Positions 28,201-37,234 of a stretch of DNA of 64,000 bases are shown in pieces. Position 1 is the stretch's first letter. Each line of letters opens with the position of its first letter. The translations under genes were made by a program, and so were the position numbers. A model generated the notes under the pieces. That model searched no databases and was not told where the DNA came from. It was given only the letters and a program-made list of their open reading frames with translations. The stretch is from assembly GCA_041538025.1 (NCBI GenBank), contig JBGOEV010000004.1, forward strand, positions 18,161 to 82,160. The letters run 5' to 3'. Source of the DNA: Candidatus Thermosaccharophagus gerlachensis (GTDB lineage Bacteria; Armatimonadota; Fervidibacteria; Fervidibacterales; Thermosaccharophagaceae).

Positions 28201-28330
28201 ATTGGAGCCACACTCTAAGGCTATCGCTAAAAGTGATTGCGAGTGCAATCGCAAGCATCGTTATTAAGACAAGCAAGAGCCTCTCAGTGCATTGTAGTTT
28301 CTTAATGTGTTTCAAGAAGAAGGGGCTCAT
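25283..28330 (-). CDS. Hybrid sensor histidine kinase (2 TM, PAS, GAF, GAF-like, PAS, HisKA, HATPase, REC)
   Basis: GVAHEINNPL, NLVLNSKDA, DDGPGI, FDPFFTTK, GTGLGL, ILVVDDE...LLDIRMP. Confidence 0.93.
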   Translation of the reverse strand: MSPFFLKHIKKLQCTERLLLVLITMLAIALAITFSDSLRVWLQYLHMRPTTAALVIAVVATFLLAALTHHRLSSWLYWLYNLVENMPDLILIADASGKLVYINDAVQKLAGYGSEELLQLSLRELFVDEELPQNGETHLRTKTKALIPVIVSVSEIKVAGAKLIVVTAKDISKEVEQRKIQQKLNKRLGAICHVVSALSELTDLDTILERGLEVTMETFGAPVGRIYLLDRDGTLRLVKYKGITEDFAEAIKELSYGVGNVGTVAKTLKPSIVNYLTSTSEHRDLFIRKGLRCSVFAPMKAHNTVYGVIALSYYEKVDWAKDELSTFEAIGSELGIAIQRSKLFEDLRTSCERLKSMNERLEELVEERTARLRALYELAQSVQMFDDIRDILNKTVTVAYGMLPCPLFGVLTNFEENLLISLMASHGVSDEGINIFATQLVLSYERAVNEKVDLTKVKINIMRDSNGRDGSGEIGIQTWVLQVGEDVIGTIGLACNVYQQLDDDDKEFLSSLIEQVEIMLGNMISFKLEEKARFVTALEALEEGILIADRDGNIIAITSVAKEILAAISEDEKEALKAIGVDKLIPRVDEEKRVLASEATHNGRWYSIRLSRWIAEGEWKQFYVVSIRDITDQKMHEMEITLTQRLASIGELASGVAHEINNPLTAIIGYAELQLERCDLPEEVRGDLMRIYNAGLRARDITHKLLSFSRGISEHTEPKLIDLQAVTDQALELIASQLAIVGINLEREYDEKMPTVLANQAVIQQIVLNLVLNSKDAIELSGKGSKIKVRLRCVDEKHVAIEVEDDGPGIPRDMMEKIFDPFFTTKPLGRGTGLGLSIVHKYVKEMGGKINVWSEEGKGAKFEVILPIAHEHVTPQGEEEKSETPSHHGSKILVVDDEAPICTLIEQALSKYGYEVASTTDPREALKLVDEEFFDIILLDIRMPHINGIRLYEMLKERSPEQAKRVVFLTGDILSSLTLEAQNVGVPILLKPLTCGELTTFLQEHIQRLEQSGLR

Positions 28331-28336
28331 CTGGCA

Positions 28337-28765
28337 TCACCCTGTTTGTAGGACTCTCCTTATGATAGCAATAAGGTCTTGAGGATCAAAAGGTTTTGAA
28401 ATGAAGCAGTCTGCGCCCTCTTCCCAACCCCTGATAATGCTTGCTGGTGAGCGCTCAATAGTGAGCAAAATTACTGGTAGCTTTTTGAGCGACTCGTCGG
28501 TGCGTATCACCTTAAGCACGCTCCATCCATCAAGGAGTGGCATGTAAATGTCCAGAACGACTAAATCTGGTTTTCTCTTCCTCAGCAGAGTCAATGCTTG
28601 AAGACCATCAGAGGCTGTCATCACCCTATATCCCTCGTTCATAAGGCATATTCTAAGCAACTCTCTAACAGCTTCATCATCGTCAACTACCAATATAAGT
28701 GGCTCACAAACTCCTCTCACCTTTGGGGGATCTTCAGCAACGATTGGTTGAAATTGCCAATGCAC
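28337..28765 (-). CDS. Single-domain response regulator (CheY-like)
   Basis: LVVDDD, LDIYMP, ISKPF. No output domain. Confidence 0.92.
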   Translation of the reverse strand: MHWQFQPIVAEDPPKVRGVCEPLILVVDDDEAVRELLRICLMNEGYRVMTASDGLQALTLLRKRKPDLVVLDIYMPLLDGWSVLKVIRTDESLKKLPVILLTIERSPASIIRGWEEGADCFISKPFDPQDLIAIIRRVLQTG

Positions 28766-28855
28766 GTCTATCCCCGCCTTCCCTGATTATGCTCGCTTCC
28801 ACTTTCATTTAATGCCATGTCAACAGCGAATCTCAATAACAGGTGCTACAACTAA

Positions 28856-30013
28856 TTATGCTATTTCGCAAATTTCTTGCACAGCCTTCACAAGTGCGAA
28901 TATGTCTTCCTCGGTATTAAACGGTCCCACGCTTACTCTCACTGTCCCTGTGTTGAAAGTGCCTATCGTGCGGTGCGCCATCGGAGCACAATGTAAGCCG
29001 TATCGCACGATGATGCCAAAGCCGTTCTCAAGCATCATAGCTACCTCTGAAGGTTTAACGCCATCAATATTGAATGATACAACGCCAACCCTCTCCCTTG
29101 CATCCGTCGTCCCGTAAACTCTTACACGCTCAATCTTTTTAAGCTCCCGCAGAAGGGTTTGAGTTAGCGTGACCTCATGCTCTCTTATCCTTTCAACGCC
29201 GTGTTGCATTAAGAAATCCACTGCAGCTTTTAATCCAGCTATTGCTGGCAGGTTTAATGTTCCAGCTTCGTGCTTCTCTGGCATGGTTGGTGGTTGTTCC
29301 TCAAGGTGCGAATGGGAACCAGTCCCACCGTGTATCAACGGTTCAAGATCTATCCCCTCTCTCACATACAATCCGCCAATGCCTTGCGGTCCAAGCAGTC
29401 CTTTATGCCCGGTGAATGCCAACATGTCTATGTTCATTTCCTCAACGTCAATTGGCACTGTCCCAGCTGTTTGTGCAGCATCCACAAGCAAAGGGATTCC
29501 ATATCGTCTCGCCAGTTCGCCCACTTCCTCAACTGGCAGTATCGTCCCGATAACGTTTGAAGCATGCGTCATCACTATAAGCTTTGTCTCCTTGCGTATG
29601 TGTCGCTCAACATCGCTCACTTTTAACTTCCCATAGCTATCGCACTGTATGACAGTTATCTCAATTCCCTTTGTCCGCTCAAGGTGTTTAAGTGGTCTCC
29701 AAACAGCGTTGTGCTCAACGCTTGTCGTAATGACATGTTCACCACCTTTCAAGAAACCTTTGATGGCAAGGTTCAATGCATGTGTAGCATTGTATGTGAA
29801 GATGACCCGTGAGGCGTCTTTGATACCAAAGAGTGATGCAACAAGCGTTCTTGCTTCATAAACAATTTTTTCAGCCTCTACAAATTGACTCCCAGAACCT
29901 CTCCCAACGCTAACACCTATGTTGCGCATACAATCAATCACTGCATGATAAACTTCCTCCGGCTTCGGATATGATGTAGCTGCATTGTTCAGGTAGATGA
30001 ACCTTTTGTGCAC
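28856..30013 (-). CDS. Class V PLP aminotransferase, cysteine desulfurase family
   Basis: YLNNAATS, EHNAV, DAAQTAG, TGHKGLLGPQG, RYGLHCAP. Confidence 0.9.
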   Translation of the reverse strand: MHKRFIYLNNAATSYPKPEEVYHAVIDCMRNIGVSVGRGSGSQFVEAEKIVYEARTLVASLFGIKDASRVIFTYNATHALNLAIKGFLKGGEHVITTSVEHNAVWRPLKHLERTKGIEITVIQCDSYGKLKVSDVERHIRKETKLIVMTHASNVIGTILPVEEVGELARRYGIPLLVDAAQTAGTVPIDVEEMNIDMLAFTGHKGLLGPQGIGGLYVREGIDLEPLIHGGTGSHSHLEEQPPTMPEKHEAGTLNLPAIAGLKAAVDFLMQHGVERIREHEVTLTQTLLRELKKIERVRVYGTTDARERVGVVSFNIDGVKPSEVAMMLENGFGIIVRYGLHCAPMAHRTIGTFNTGTVRVSVGPFNTEEDIFALVKAVQEICEIA

Positions 30014-30094
30014 GGTGCACCACCAACCGCTTAGGAAGCGAAGTGATAAGCACCTTCACATTGAGGTGGCTTTTCCCAAACAAATTATGCGTCC

Positions 30095-31576
30095 TCACAG
30101 CATGGCTTTGTCTACTGCAGGTAGATGCTCAACACCATACCTTTTGGCTTCGCTTCGCATTATCTTAATGAGCTCCAATGTTGTTTCTTCTGGCAAAAGC
30201 TTCGGGACATGCTTTGAAAGGATTTCCTCAACGATAACAGTGCACCTGTGCAATGTCTCACTTCTCCCTGCTTCCTCCCAAGCTTCCCTTGTCAGTCGGT
30301 CAATCGCTTTGGATGGGAAGAAAAGCTCTTCACGCATCCACATCAATGTATTTGGCGATGTGAGGAAGTGGTCACCTTCTTCTATCTCACCTAACAAGTC
30401 TTCTGCCATAACTTCGGTGCGCTGTGCTACACCGTGAATTAACCTTCTCGCCATGCCACAAATGTCATTATCAAGGACGAGCTTCTCCAAGCTCTGGCAG
30501 TTCTCAAATTCAATCATTCCAGCTCCTGCTATCACATTTACGCCCGTTAGTATTCCTACGAGCGTTCCGATAGCAGACTCAACACCAGCTTGGGCATCTA
30601 AAAGCTTTGCGTCGCTAAGTCCAAGGTAGCCGTGAGTTGGCAATCCGAGGTAACGCCCAACTTGCGCATACGAAGCTGTTAGCATTACAGCTTCAATGGC
30701 GCTCATAGCTACAGTGCCAAACCGCATATCAAACACACCAGGTGAGCCACCGTAAATTATTGGTGCACCAGCACAAGCTGTCTGATGGATAACTACCCCG
30801 CTCAAGTTCTCAGCTGTATGTTGCACAAGCGCTCCAGTCAATGTTACTGGCGCGCTTACGCCGATGAGTGGCATGGAGACAAGTTCTGCTGGTATACCAT
30901 GCTTTGCACAATCAATGAGGCATTGTGCTGCGAGCTTGCTCCATTTAAGTGGTGGTGATGGACATACATCAAAAATTGCCAATGGCTTCTTGCGCAATTC
31001 CTCATCGCTACCGCGCACCGCAACAAGCATTTCCTTCATTGGTGCAAAGCCATCAATTGTGAAGGTGCCAGTGACAATCGGCTTACATGAATTTGTTAGC
31101 ACGATGAACAAACGGTATCTGTCAGCGATAGCGTATGGCACATCGGATGGGACAACAGCAGTGCTTTGCAAGTCAATGTTCTTGAGGGCATCGGAGAGCT
31201 TTGCAATGTTAATTGCGTCATCGCTTGTTGCTCTTCTTATCCTGTTAAGCTTCGCATCAAATACATTCAGTGCTGCTGACCCGGGTGTGAAGTAAACATC
31301 TAAGCCACAGATTTGAAACGCTGTTTTCCCATCCCTGTCATAGAGCGTCACTCTGCTTGGCGCGCTCTTCAAGCACTTCAAAACCATTTCCTCATCTATG
31401 AATGCCCTCCTTTTAGCCATATCAACTTTGGCGCCAGCTTCATATAGCATTGAGAGAACACCTTCATGTTCAATCAGGATGCCGACCTTTTTCAGGACAT
31501 CAATTGCTTCGCTCACAATTTGTTCAATGAGCCTGTCGCTGAGAAGTTTTATTGTTGGGCGGATGGGTGGTTGCAT
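30095..31576 (-). CDS. Trimethylamine methyltransferase (MttB) superfamily protein, non-pyrrolysine
   Basis: SPPLKW, APVTLTGAL, DMRFG, SDAKLLDAQAG, GAGM..EKLVLDND, HFL. Confidence 0.88.
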   Translation of the reverse strand: MQPPIRPTIKLLSDRLIEQIVSEAIDVLKKVGILIEHEGVLSMLYEAGAKVDMAKRRAFIDEEMVLKCLKSAPSRVTLYDRDGKTAFQICGLDVYFTPGSAALNVFDAKLNRIRRATSDDAINIAKLSDALKNIDLQSTAVVPSDVPYAIADRYRLFIVLTNSCKPIVTGTFTIDGFAPMKEMLVAVRGSDEELRKKPLAIFDVCPSPPLKWSKLAAQCLIDCAKHGIPAELVSMPLIGVSAPVTLTGALVQHTAENLSGVVIHQTACAGAPIIYGGSPGVFDMRFGTVAMSAIEAVMLTASYAQVGRYLGLPTHGYLGLSDAKLLDAQAGVESAIGTLVGILTGVNVIAGAGMIEFENCQSLEKLVLDNDICGMARRLIHGVAQRTEVMAEDLLGEIEEGDHFLTSPNTLMWMREELFFPSKAIDRLTREAWEEAGRSETLHRCTVIVEEILSKHVPKLLPEETTLELIKIMRSEAKRYGVEHLPAVDKAML

Positions 31577-31743
31577 CTCTCAATCCCTCCGTAGTAGCTT
31601 TTTAAATGCGGTGTCAAAATGAAGCTTTCGTTCACCCCACCTACCAGCATTAAGATATCATGTAGCATAGTGATGGTTTTCGTGAGCAACTTTTGCAAGG
31701 GGAGTCTTGCGCATCATTAGCTTCAATAGGGTGGTTCGGAGCG

Positions 31744-32286
31744 ATGTTGCTTAAGTCAGTTCAACGGAATATCGGTGTCGTATTCTCTCGCTGGCTATTT
31801 TCACTTATGCTTGCGCTCTTAACAGTTTTTGTTGACCAAGTGAGCAAGGCATGGGTATGTGCTTCGTTACCGCTTGGTAGCGAGAGAGCAGTCTTTGGTG
31901 GTTTATTTTACTTGAAGCATGTGCGTAACTATGGGATAGCATTTGGGGTTGCCAGTGGTCTTGGAGGTGTGTTGCTCTTCATATGCATTGTAAGCCTTGT
32001 TGTGTTTCTCATCTTTGCCGGGAGGTTGGCGTGCAGGCATCCAGCAGGCGTATTTGCCATCGGGCTTGTGCTTGGTGGTGGGTTGGGAAACACAATTGAT
32101 AGGGTTTTTCGCGGGAGCGTTGTTGACTTCATTGATTTACGTATTTGGCCTATCTTTAACGTGGCTGATGTGGCAATCACTGTCGGCATCGTGTGTATCC
32201 TTGCACTATCATTGCTTTCAAAGCGCGCTCAAAACCCTTGGGGGGAAGGTGAGTCAGAAGGTGACAACGGAACCCGAGCAGAGTAA
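31744..32286 (+). CDS. lspA: Lipoprotein signal peptidase II
   Basis: DQVSK, NYGIAFG, GNTIDR, VVDFI, FNVAD. Start ATG 31744 preferred. Confidence 0.93.
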   Translation: MLLKSVQRNIGVVFSRWLFSLMLALLTVFVDQVSKAWVCASLPLGSERAVFGGLFYLKHVRNYGIAFGVASGLGGVLLFICIVSLVVFLIFAGRLACRHPAGVFAIGLVLGGGLGNTIDRVFRGSVVDFIDLRIWPIFNVADVAITVGIVCILALSLLSKRAQNPWGEGESEGDNGTRAE

Positions 32287-32322
32287 ACACCCTGCAATGA
32301 ACCAACTTTGTTCGTTATGCGC

Positions 32323-32328
32323 TATAAT
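32323..32328 (+). promoter_or_regulatory. Candidate -10 element (TATAAT) upstream of rplS
   Basis: Perfect TATAAT about 130 nt before the rplS start. No convincing -35. Confidence 0.35.
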
Positions 32329-32457
32329 GGCTTTGGCTTAAAGCTGAACACTCAACCGGTGAGTTGAAAGCCATAATTTCCTAACGGTTTAGATTGCCAC
32401 CAACACAAAATTCATGTTATCTCTCCCTGTTGGAGCTTATGAGGTAGGTGAAGTGCG

Positions 32458-32886
32458 ATGGACATGCGCTTAATACAACAAGTTGAGCATCGTTATATGC
32501 GTAAGGACGCATTGCCTGACTTTAGACCCGGTGACATCGTGCGAGTAGTGACAAAGTATCTTGAAGGCGACAAGGAAAAGGAGAGCGTGTTTGAAGGCGT
32601 GGTGATAAGAAGGAGGGGCAGTGGCACAAGTGAAACATTTACCGTGAGGCGCATTGGAGCACACAATGTCGCTATAGAAAGGACCTTTTTCCTCCACTCG
32701 CCAACCATATTGCGTTTAGAGGTCATCAGGAGGCAAAAGGTGAGGAGGGCTCGTCTCTACTACCTGCGTGAACGCAAAGGTAAAGCAGCGAGGCTTAAGG
32801 AAGACAGAGTGAGAGCCGAAGCGGATAAAGCTCGCATGAAGGCAGCTAAAGACAAATCAGAGGGTGAACAAGCAAAAGCTGATTGA
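32458..32886 (+). CDS. rplS: 50S ribosomal protein L19
   Basis: [33 protein letters not shown]. Confidence 0.97.
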   Translation: MDMRLIQQVEHRYMRKDALPDFRPGDIVRVVTKYLEGDKEKESVFEGVVIRRRGSGTSETFTVRRIGAHNVAIERTFFLHSPTILRLEVIRRQKVRRARLYYLRERKGKAARLKEDRVRAEADKARMKAAKDKSEGEQAKAD

Positions 32887-32950
32887 AGGTTCATCAACTC
32901 GTGAGTTGGCTTTACCAAGATTAAGCCTTCTTTATGGAAGGGGTGAGAAA

Positions 32951-33661
32951 ATGCGCTGGGAGTGGGCATCCTCGCCTCTTCTATGGTGTTCTGTGCTCGC
33001 GGTGCTGTTCATAGCGAAGGTTGCTTTGGCTCTCACATCTTGGGACAGGTTTGAGCCAATACGAAAACAGCTAAATGACATCGTTGAGGCTCTTCTATTC
33101 GCCCTCGCGCTCGTGCTGCTCATCATACGCCCATTTGTAGTGCACGCCTTCCACATCCCATCCCTATCAATGAGCCCGACGCTTGAGATTAACGACAAGA
33201 TACTCGTAAGCAAATTTGTTTACCACCTCCGTCAGCCGAGGCGTCAGGAAGTGGTTGTATTTGAAGCACCACCAGAAGCACTCGTTTTGAGCACTCGCCC
33301 AGATCAGTCAACCTACATAAAACGAATCATTGGCATACCGGGCGATATGATTAGGATTGAGGGGGGACGGGTTTACGTAAACGGTGAAGAGCTGAACGAA
33401 CCTTACGTTAAGTTGCACAGCTATGATAACTTCCCGGACGATTACATTGGGTGGCTGAGTGACAGCAAGCTCTCAAAACATGTCGTAGTGCGGGATGGTA
33501 AGAAATGGGTTGTTGTGCCCAAGGATTGTTATTTCGTGATGGGCGATAACAGGGCAAACAGCTCCGATAGCAGAAGATGGGGCTTTGTGAGCAAAAGAAG
33601 ATTGCAGGGGAAAGCCCTTTTCCGCTGGTGGCCAATCTGGCGCATCGGTTTGATAGAGTAG
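32951..33661 (+). CDS. lepB: Signal peptidase I
   Basis: IPSLSMSPTL (Ser), YIKRIIGIPGD (Lys), GDNRANSSDSRRWG. Start ATG 32951 after ggggtgag. Confidence 0.94.
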   Translation: MRWEWASSPLLWCSVLAVLFIAKVALALTSWDRFEPIRKQLNDIVEALLFALALVLLIIRPFVVHAFHIPSLSMSPTLEINDKILVSKFVYHLRQPRRQEVVVFEAPPEALVLSTRPDQSTYIKRIIGIPGDMIRIEGGRVYVNGEELNEPYVKLHSYDNFPDDYIGWLSDSKLSKHVVVRDGKKWVVVPKDCYFVMGDNRANSSDSRRWGFVSKRRLQGKALFRWWPIWRIGLIE

Positions 33662-33694
33662 CTTGAGCAAAAACAAAATCGTAGGTGAGAGGTT

Positions 33695-34474
33695 ATGAGG
33701 GTTGTTGTATTGGCATGTGTTGCCCTGTTGCTGTTCTCTCCTTGTTTTTGCATTGACCTTCTGACGAGGGAGATTGAGATACGAATTGGGCGTCAGGCTG
33801 CTGTAGAGATTGAAAAGGAGTATGGTGGGGTGGTTAGCGAAGGTGTTTATGTTGAAAGAGTCCAACGCATAGGCTTCAAAATCTCATCCGTGTGCCAAAG
33901 GAAGGATATTGCTTTTTCGTTCAAGGTGCTAAACAACGAGAAATGGCTAAATGCTGTTTCGCTCCCCGGAGGATATGTGTATGTCACAAAGAAGCTCGTT
34001 GAAAGATGCTCAACGGATGATGAGCTTGCATTTGTTATTGGGCATGAAGTGGCTCACATAGCGATGAAGCATGCAAGGAAGCAAATAAGCGAGAGACTCG
34101 CCTTGAGCATGGCTGCGAGCCTGTTTGCGGGTGACAGCGATGTAGTGCGAGTTGGCGTTGCCATTGCGTTGACGCTCCATGAACGCGGTTATTCACGCTT
34201 ACATGAGCGCGAAGCCGACAAATACGGCACCATTTACATGATGCAAGTTGGCTACAACCCAATTGGGGCTATGAAAGTGCTACGCATGTTTATCAAGATG
34301 GAAAGCTCAAGGGACGACGCTATAACTCGTCTTCTGCGCACGCATCCTCATCCGAAGGAAAGACTTAAGTATGTTCGTGCTGTCATATCAAAGTATGGTA
34401 GCAAGTATGGCTTTGACTTGCAATCCATTGAGGAGCAGCTTAAGAAGGAAGAGGCACAGGAAGGTAAAAGGTGA
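33695..34474 (+). CDS. M48-family zinc metallopeptidase, exported
   Basis: Signal peptide, NAVSLPGG, HEVAH, EREAD, THP. Confidence 0.9.
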   Translation: MRVVVLACVALLLFSPCFCIDLLTREIEIRIGRQAAVEIEKEYGGVVSEGVYVERVQRIGFKISSVCQRKDIAFSFKVLNNEKWLNAVSLPGGYVYVTKKLVERCSTDDELAFVIGHEVAHIAMKHARKQISERLALSMAASLFAGDSDVVRVGVAIALTLHERGYSRLHEREADKYGTIYMMQVGYNPIGAMKVLRMFIKMESSRDDAITRLLRTHPHPKERLKYVRAVISKYGSKYGFDLQSIEEQLKKEEAQEGKR

Positions 34475-34477
34475 TGT

Positions 34478-35317
34478 GTGTTGCCACGCATAAAGCTTAT
34501 CGCAATTGATGTTGATGGAACCCTTATTGGGTCAAGCAAAAAGCCAAGTGAGCGAGTCAAGGAAGCCATAAAGGCTGCGTTGAGCGCAGGGTGCGAGATA
34601 GTTCTATCAACTGGTAGAAGCCGTTATACGATGCGCCCGATAATGCATGAGTTGGATTTAAATGGACCTGTGATCCTCTTTGGCGGTGCTGTTGTGCTTC
34701 ATTGGGGGAATGGTGATATTTGGCATCGTGTGCTTATGCCGAAGGAATTGGTGAAGGATGTTGTTGCAGTGATGAGGTCCTATGGCATTGGCGCAGTGAT
34801 CATGGCTGATGGAACAGAAAGCGATTGTGTGGTTGCTGAGAGGCTTTTACCACCTACAGAACAATACATTCAGCGCAACAGAGAAAGGTTGGAATGGGTT
34901 GAAGACATGACGAAGGTAGTCCCATTTGAGCCAGCAACTGTTGCTGGGATCGGCAATGAGGAAGTAGCGATGAAATGTATACAGGAGCTGCGCGAGCGGT
35001 TTAAAGAGTCTCTCTCAATAGCTGTGTCATATAGCGTTGCATACGGTGGTTGGGTCGTTGAAGTGCATCATCGTGATGGCAATAAGGGCAAGGCGCTCAA
35101 GTTGGTCGCAGAGAAGCTCAGAGTAAAAAGGGAGCAAGTGATGGCTATAGGCGACAATTTGAACGACATTGACATGCTTGTTTATGCTGGGTTTAGTGTT
35201 GCTATGGCGAACAGCCCTGAGGCTGTTAAACAAATTGCGGATGAGGTCGTGCCAAGCGCTGATGAAGATGGCGTAGCTCACGCAATTTATAATTTCGTGT
35301 TGCAGGATACTGCTTGA
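34478..35317 (+). CDS. Cof-type HAD-IIB hydrolase
   Basis: DVDGTL, STGR, NKG, GDNLNDIDM, AMANS. Confidence 0.92.
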   Translation: MLPRIKLIAIDVDGTLIGSSKKPSERVKEAIKAALSAGCEIVLSTGRSRYTMRPIMHELDLNGPVILFGGAVVLHWGNGDIWHRVLMPKELVKDVVAVMRSYGIGAVIMADGTESDCVVAERLLPPTEQYIQRNRERLEWVEDMTKVVPFEPATVAGIGNEEVAMKCIQELRERFKESLSIAVSYSVAYGGWVVEVHHRDGNKGKALKLVAEKLRVKREQVMAIGDNLNDIDMLVYAGFSVAMANSPEAVKQIADEVVPSADEDGVAHAIYNFVLQDTA

Positions 35318-35383
35318 ATGCCTTTGCGATGGGGTGACAAAATTTAAATCAGCGCTATAGAACGCTTTTGGGGGTGGACTGAT

Positions 35384-37015
35384 GTGCGTGTAAACTATCG
35401 TATCCTATGGTTTGTCGTATGCGTGCTCACTTATGCAAGTATTGGCATGACAGCTGATGTCGTTGAAACATTCAACGAGGCTTGCGAGAAGTTCAATCAA
35501 GGTGATTATGACGCTGCATTGAAGGGCTTTCTAAGCGTGCTTGAAGTTAACCCCGAAGATGTTGATGCGCTCATATATGTGGGTTTGATTTACCTCAATA
35601 AGAAGCAGTATGACCAAGCCATTGTTAGCCTTGAGAAAGCCGTGAAATTGAAAGGCGACCCGCAAATGCTTGCGGTTGCATGGAACAACTTGGGCTGTGC
35701 ACTGCAGGCGAAAGATAGGCTTGATGAAGCCATAAACGCATACTCCGAAGCCACAAGGCTTAATGCTAAGATGAGTGAAGCATTCTTCAATCTCGGTAAC
35801 GCCCTCCTGATGAAAGGGGTGCAAGCAGAGCGCCTCGGGGATGCAAAAGGCGCAGCTGAGGCTTATCAACAGGCTGTAAAGGCTTATGAGCAAGTGATAG
35901 CGCTCTTTTCAGCTCGGCTTGAGCAAAAAGTGGACGAGAAGCATCTCGTGGCAGCGATGAAGGACGCGCTTGCTATGCTTTCAACTTCCAAGTATGACCA
36001 AGCGCTTGAGCGCTTCAGAGCTATAGCGATGAGGCGATGTGATCAACCAGAGTTGCATAACAACCTTGGACATTGCTACATGCGCCTTGGCGCACGAGAT
36101 AAGGCGATAGAGAGTTTTGCTCAAGCTGTCGGACTTGCACCACAAAGAGCATCTTACCATGCCGACCTCGGTTTAGCGTTGCTTGAACTGGGACGAGTTT
36201 CTGAAGCTATACCAGCGCTTGAAAAGGCTGTAAAACTCGGTGAGAGTTCACCTGATGTTAGCTATGCACTTGGACTTGCTTATGAGCAAAAGGGAAAGAT
36301 AGCGGAAGCTGAAACTGCATATAAGCGTGCTACGGAACTTAACCCTCAATTCTGGGATGCACATGTGGCACTTGGCGAGTTGTATGAGCGACAAAAGGCA
36401 TTTGATAAAGCGCTTAACTCTTATCTGCTTGCAGCTGCGCTCAAACCTCAACCGTCACTGTTCAACAACATTGGAAGCCTCTATTTCCATCAAGGGAAAT
36501 ACAACGAAGCCATTCAGTATTTCAGTAAGGCGCTTAAGGAAGACCCAAACTTTGTGATAGCTCGCCGGAACTTGGCTATCGCATACAGGGAGATCAAGGA
36601 ATATGAAAAAGCAGCTTCTGAGTTGAGAGAAATTCTCAAGCTACAGCCGGAGAACATCGGGGTAAAAATTGAGCTTGCGGATGTGTTGATTGAGCTGAAG
36701 AGATACGATGAGGCAATGGAGCTGTGCAAGGATGTCTCAGCAAGAGACCCCAAAAATGCAGTTGTCAGGGTGCTTCTCGGGTTCATCCATTACACGAGGG
36801 GCAACCTTGGTTTGGCATGGGATGAGTATAAGCGCGCAACCGAACTTGACCCAAAAAACGCTGATGCTTGGAACGGGCTTGGAGCAGTTTATGAGAGACA
36901 GGGCAAGTTGCAGGACGCTGAAAAGTGCTATAGGAAGGCTCTTGAGCTGGATCCAAAACACGAGATAGCAAGGAGAAACCTTGAAAGGGTTAAACAGCGC
37001 TTAGAGGGCGGTTAG
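35384..37015 (+). CDS. Exported multi-TPR protein
   Basis: Signal peptide followed by a long array of 34-aa TPR repeats (e.g. AWNNLG, AWNGLGAVY). Confidence 0.88.
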   Translation: MRVNYRILWFVVCVLTYASIGMTADVVETFNEACEKFNQGDYDAALKGFLSVLEVNPEDVDALIYVGLIYLNKKQYDQAIVSLEKAVKLKGDPQMLAVAWNNLGCALQAKDRLDEAINAYSEATRLNAKMSEAFFNLGNALLMKGVQAERLGDAKGAAEAYQQAVKAYEQVIALFSARLEQKVDEKHLVAAMKDALAMLSTSKYDQALERFRAIAMRRCDQPELHNNLGHCYMRLGARDKAIESFAQAVGLAPQRASYHADLGLALLELGRVSEAIPALEKAVKLGESSPDVSYALGLAYEQKGKIAEAETAYKRATELNPQFWDAHVALGELYERQKAFDKALNSYLLAAALKPQPSLFNNIGSLYFHQGKYNEAIQYFSKALKEDPNFVIARRNLAIAYREIKEYEKAASELREILKLQPENIGVKIELADVLIELKRYDEAMELCKDVSARDPKNAVVRVLLGFIHYTRGNLGLAWDEYKRATELDPKNADAWNGLGAVYERQGKLQDAEKCYRKALELDPKHEIARRNLERVKQRLEGG

Positions 37016-37225
37016 CCGTTTCGCTATTGGTCAACGAGAAAGCAAACATGAAAGCGTGTGCATCTCCTTCAGTGAGGTCAACATCTGTTTTAGCTTTGCG
37101 AGTCAAGCCATAGGGCTGTGTTAGCTCTCACCCTCAAGCTTGAAACCGAAGACACTTTTTCAGTATCTCGTTTCATCCGATGGCTTAGAATGTGCTACCT
37201 TTGAAGAATGGCTCTGAGTAGCTCA

Positions 37226-37234
37226 TGGTATGAT
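37226..37234 (+). promoter_or_regulatory. Candidate extended -10 (TGgTATGAT) for nadK-recN-steAB operon
   Basis: TGnTATGAT about 33 nt upstream of ATG 37268, which carries an agagg RBS. Confidence 0.35.

Noticed and set aside
30095-31576. Pyrrolysine or selenocysteine recoding
   Set aside because: The MttB frame is uninterrupted with Leu at the Pyl position. I saw no gene in the window split by an in-frame TAG or TGA.
35384-37015. Repetitive DNA in TPR genes as a repeat array or CRISPR
   Set aside because: Protein-level degenerate TPR repeats only; no identical direct repeats with spacers seen anywhere in the window.
37026-37070. GCAAAC...GAAA resembling a c-di-GMP-I riboswitch
   Set aside because: Lacks the P2 pairing and the downstream GCAAAG consensus.
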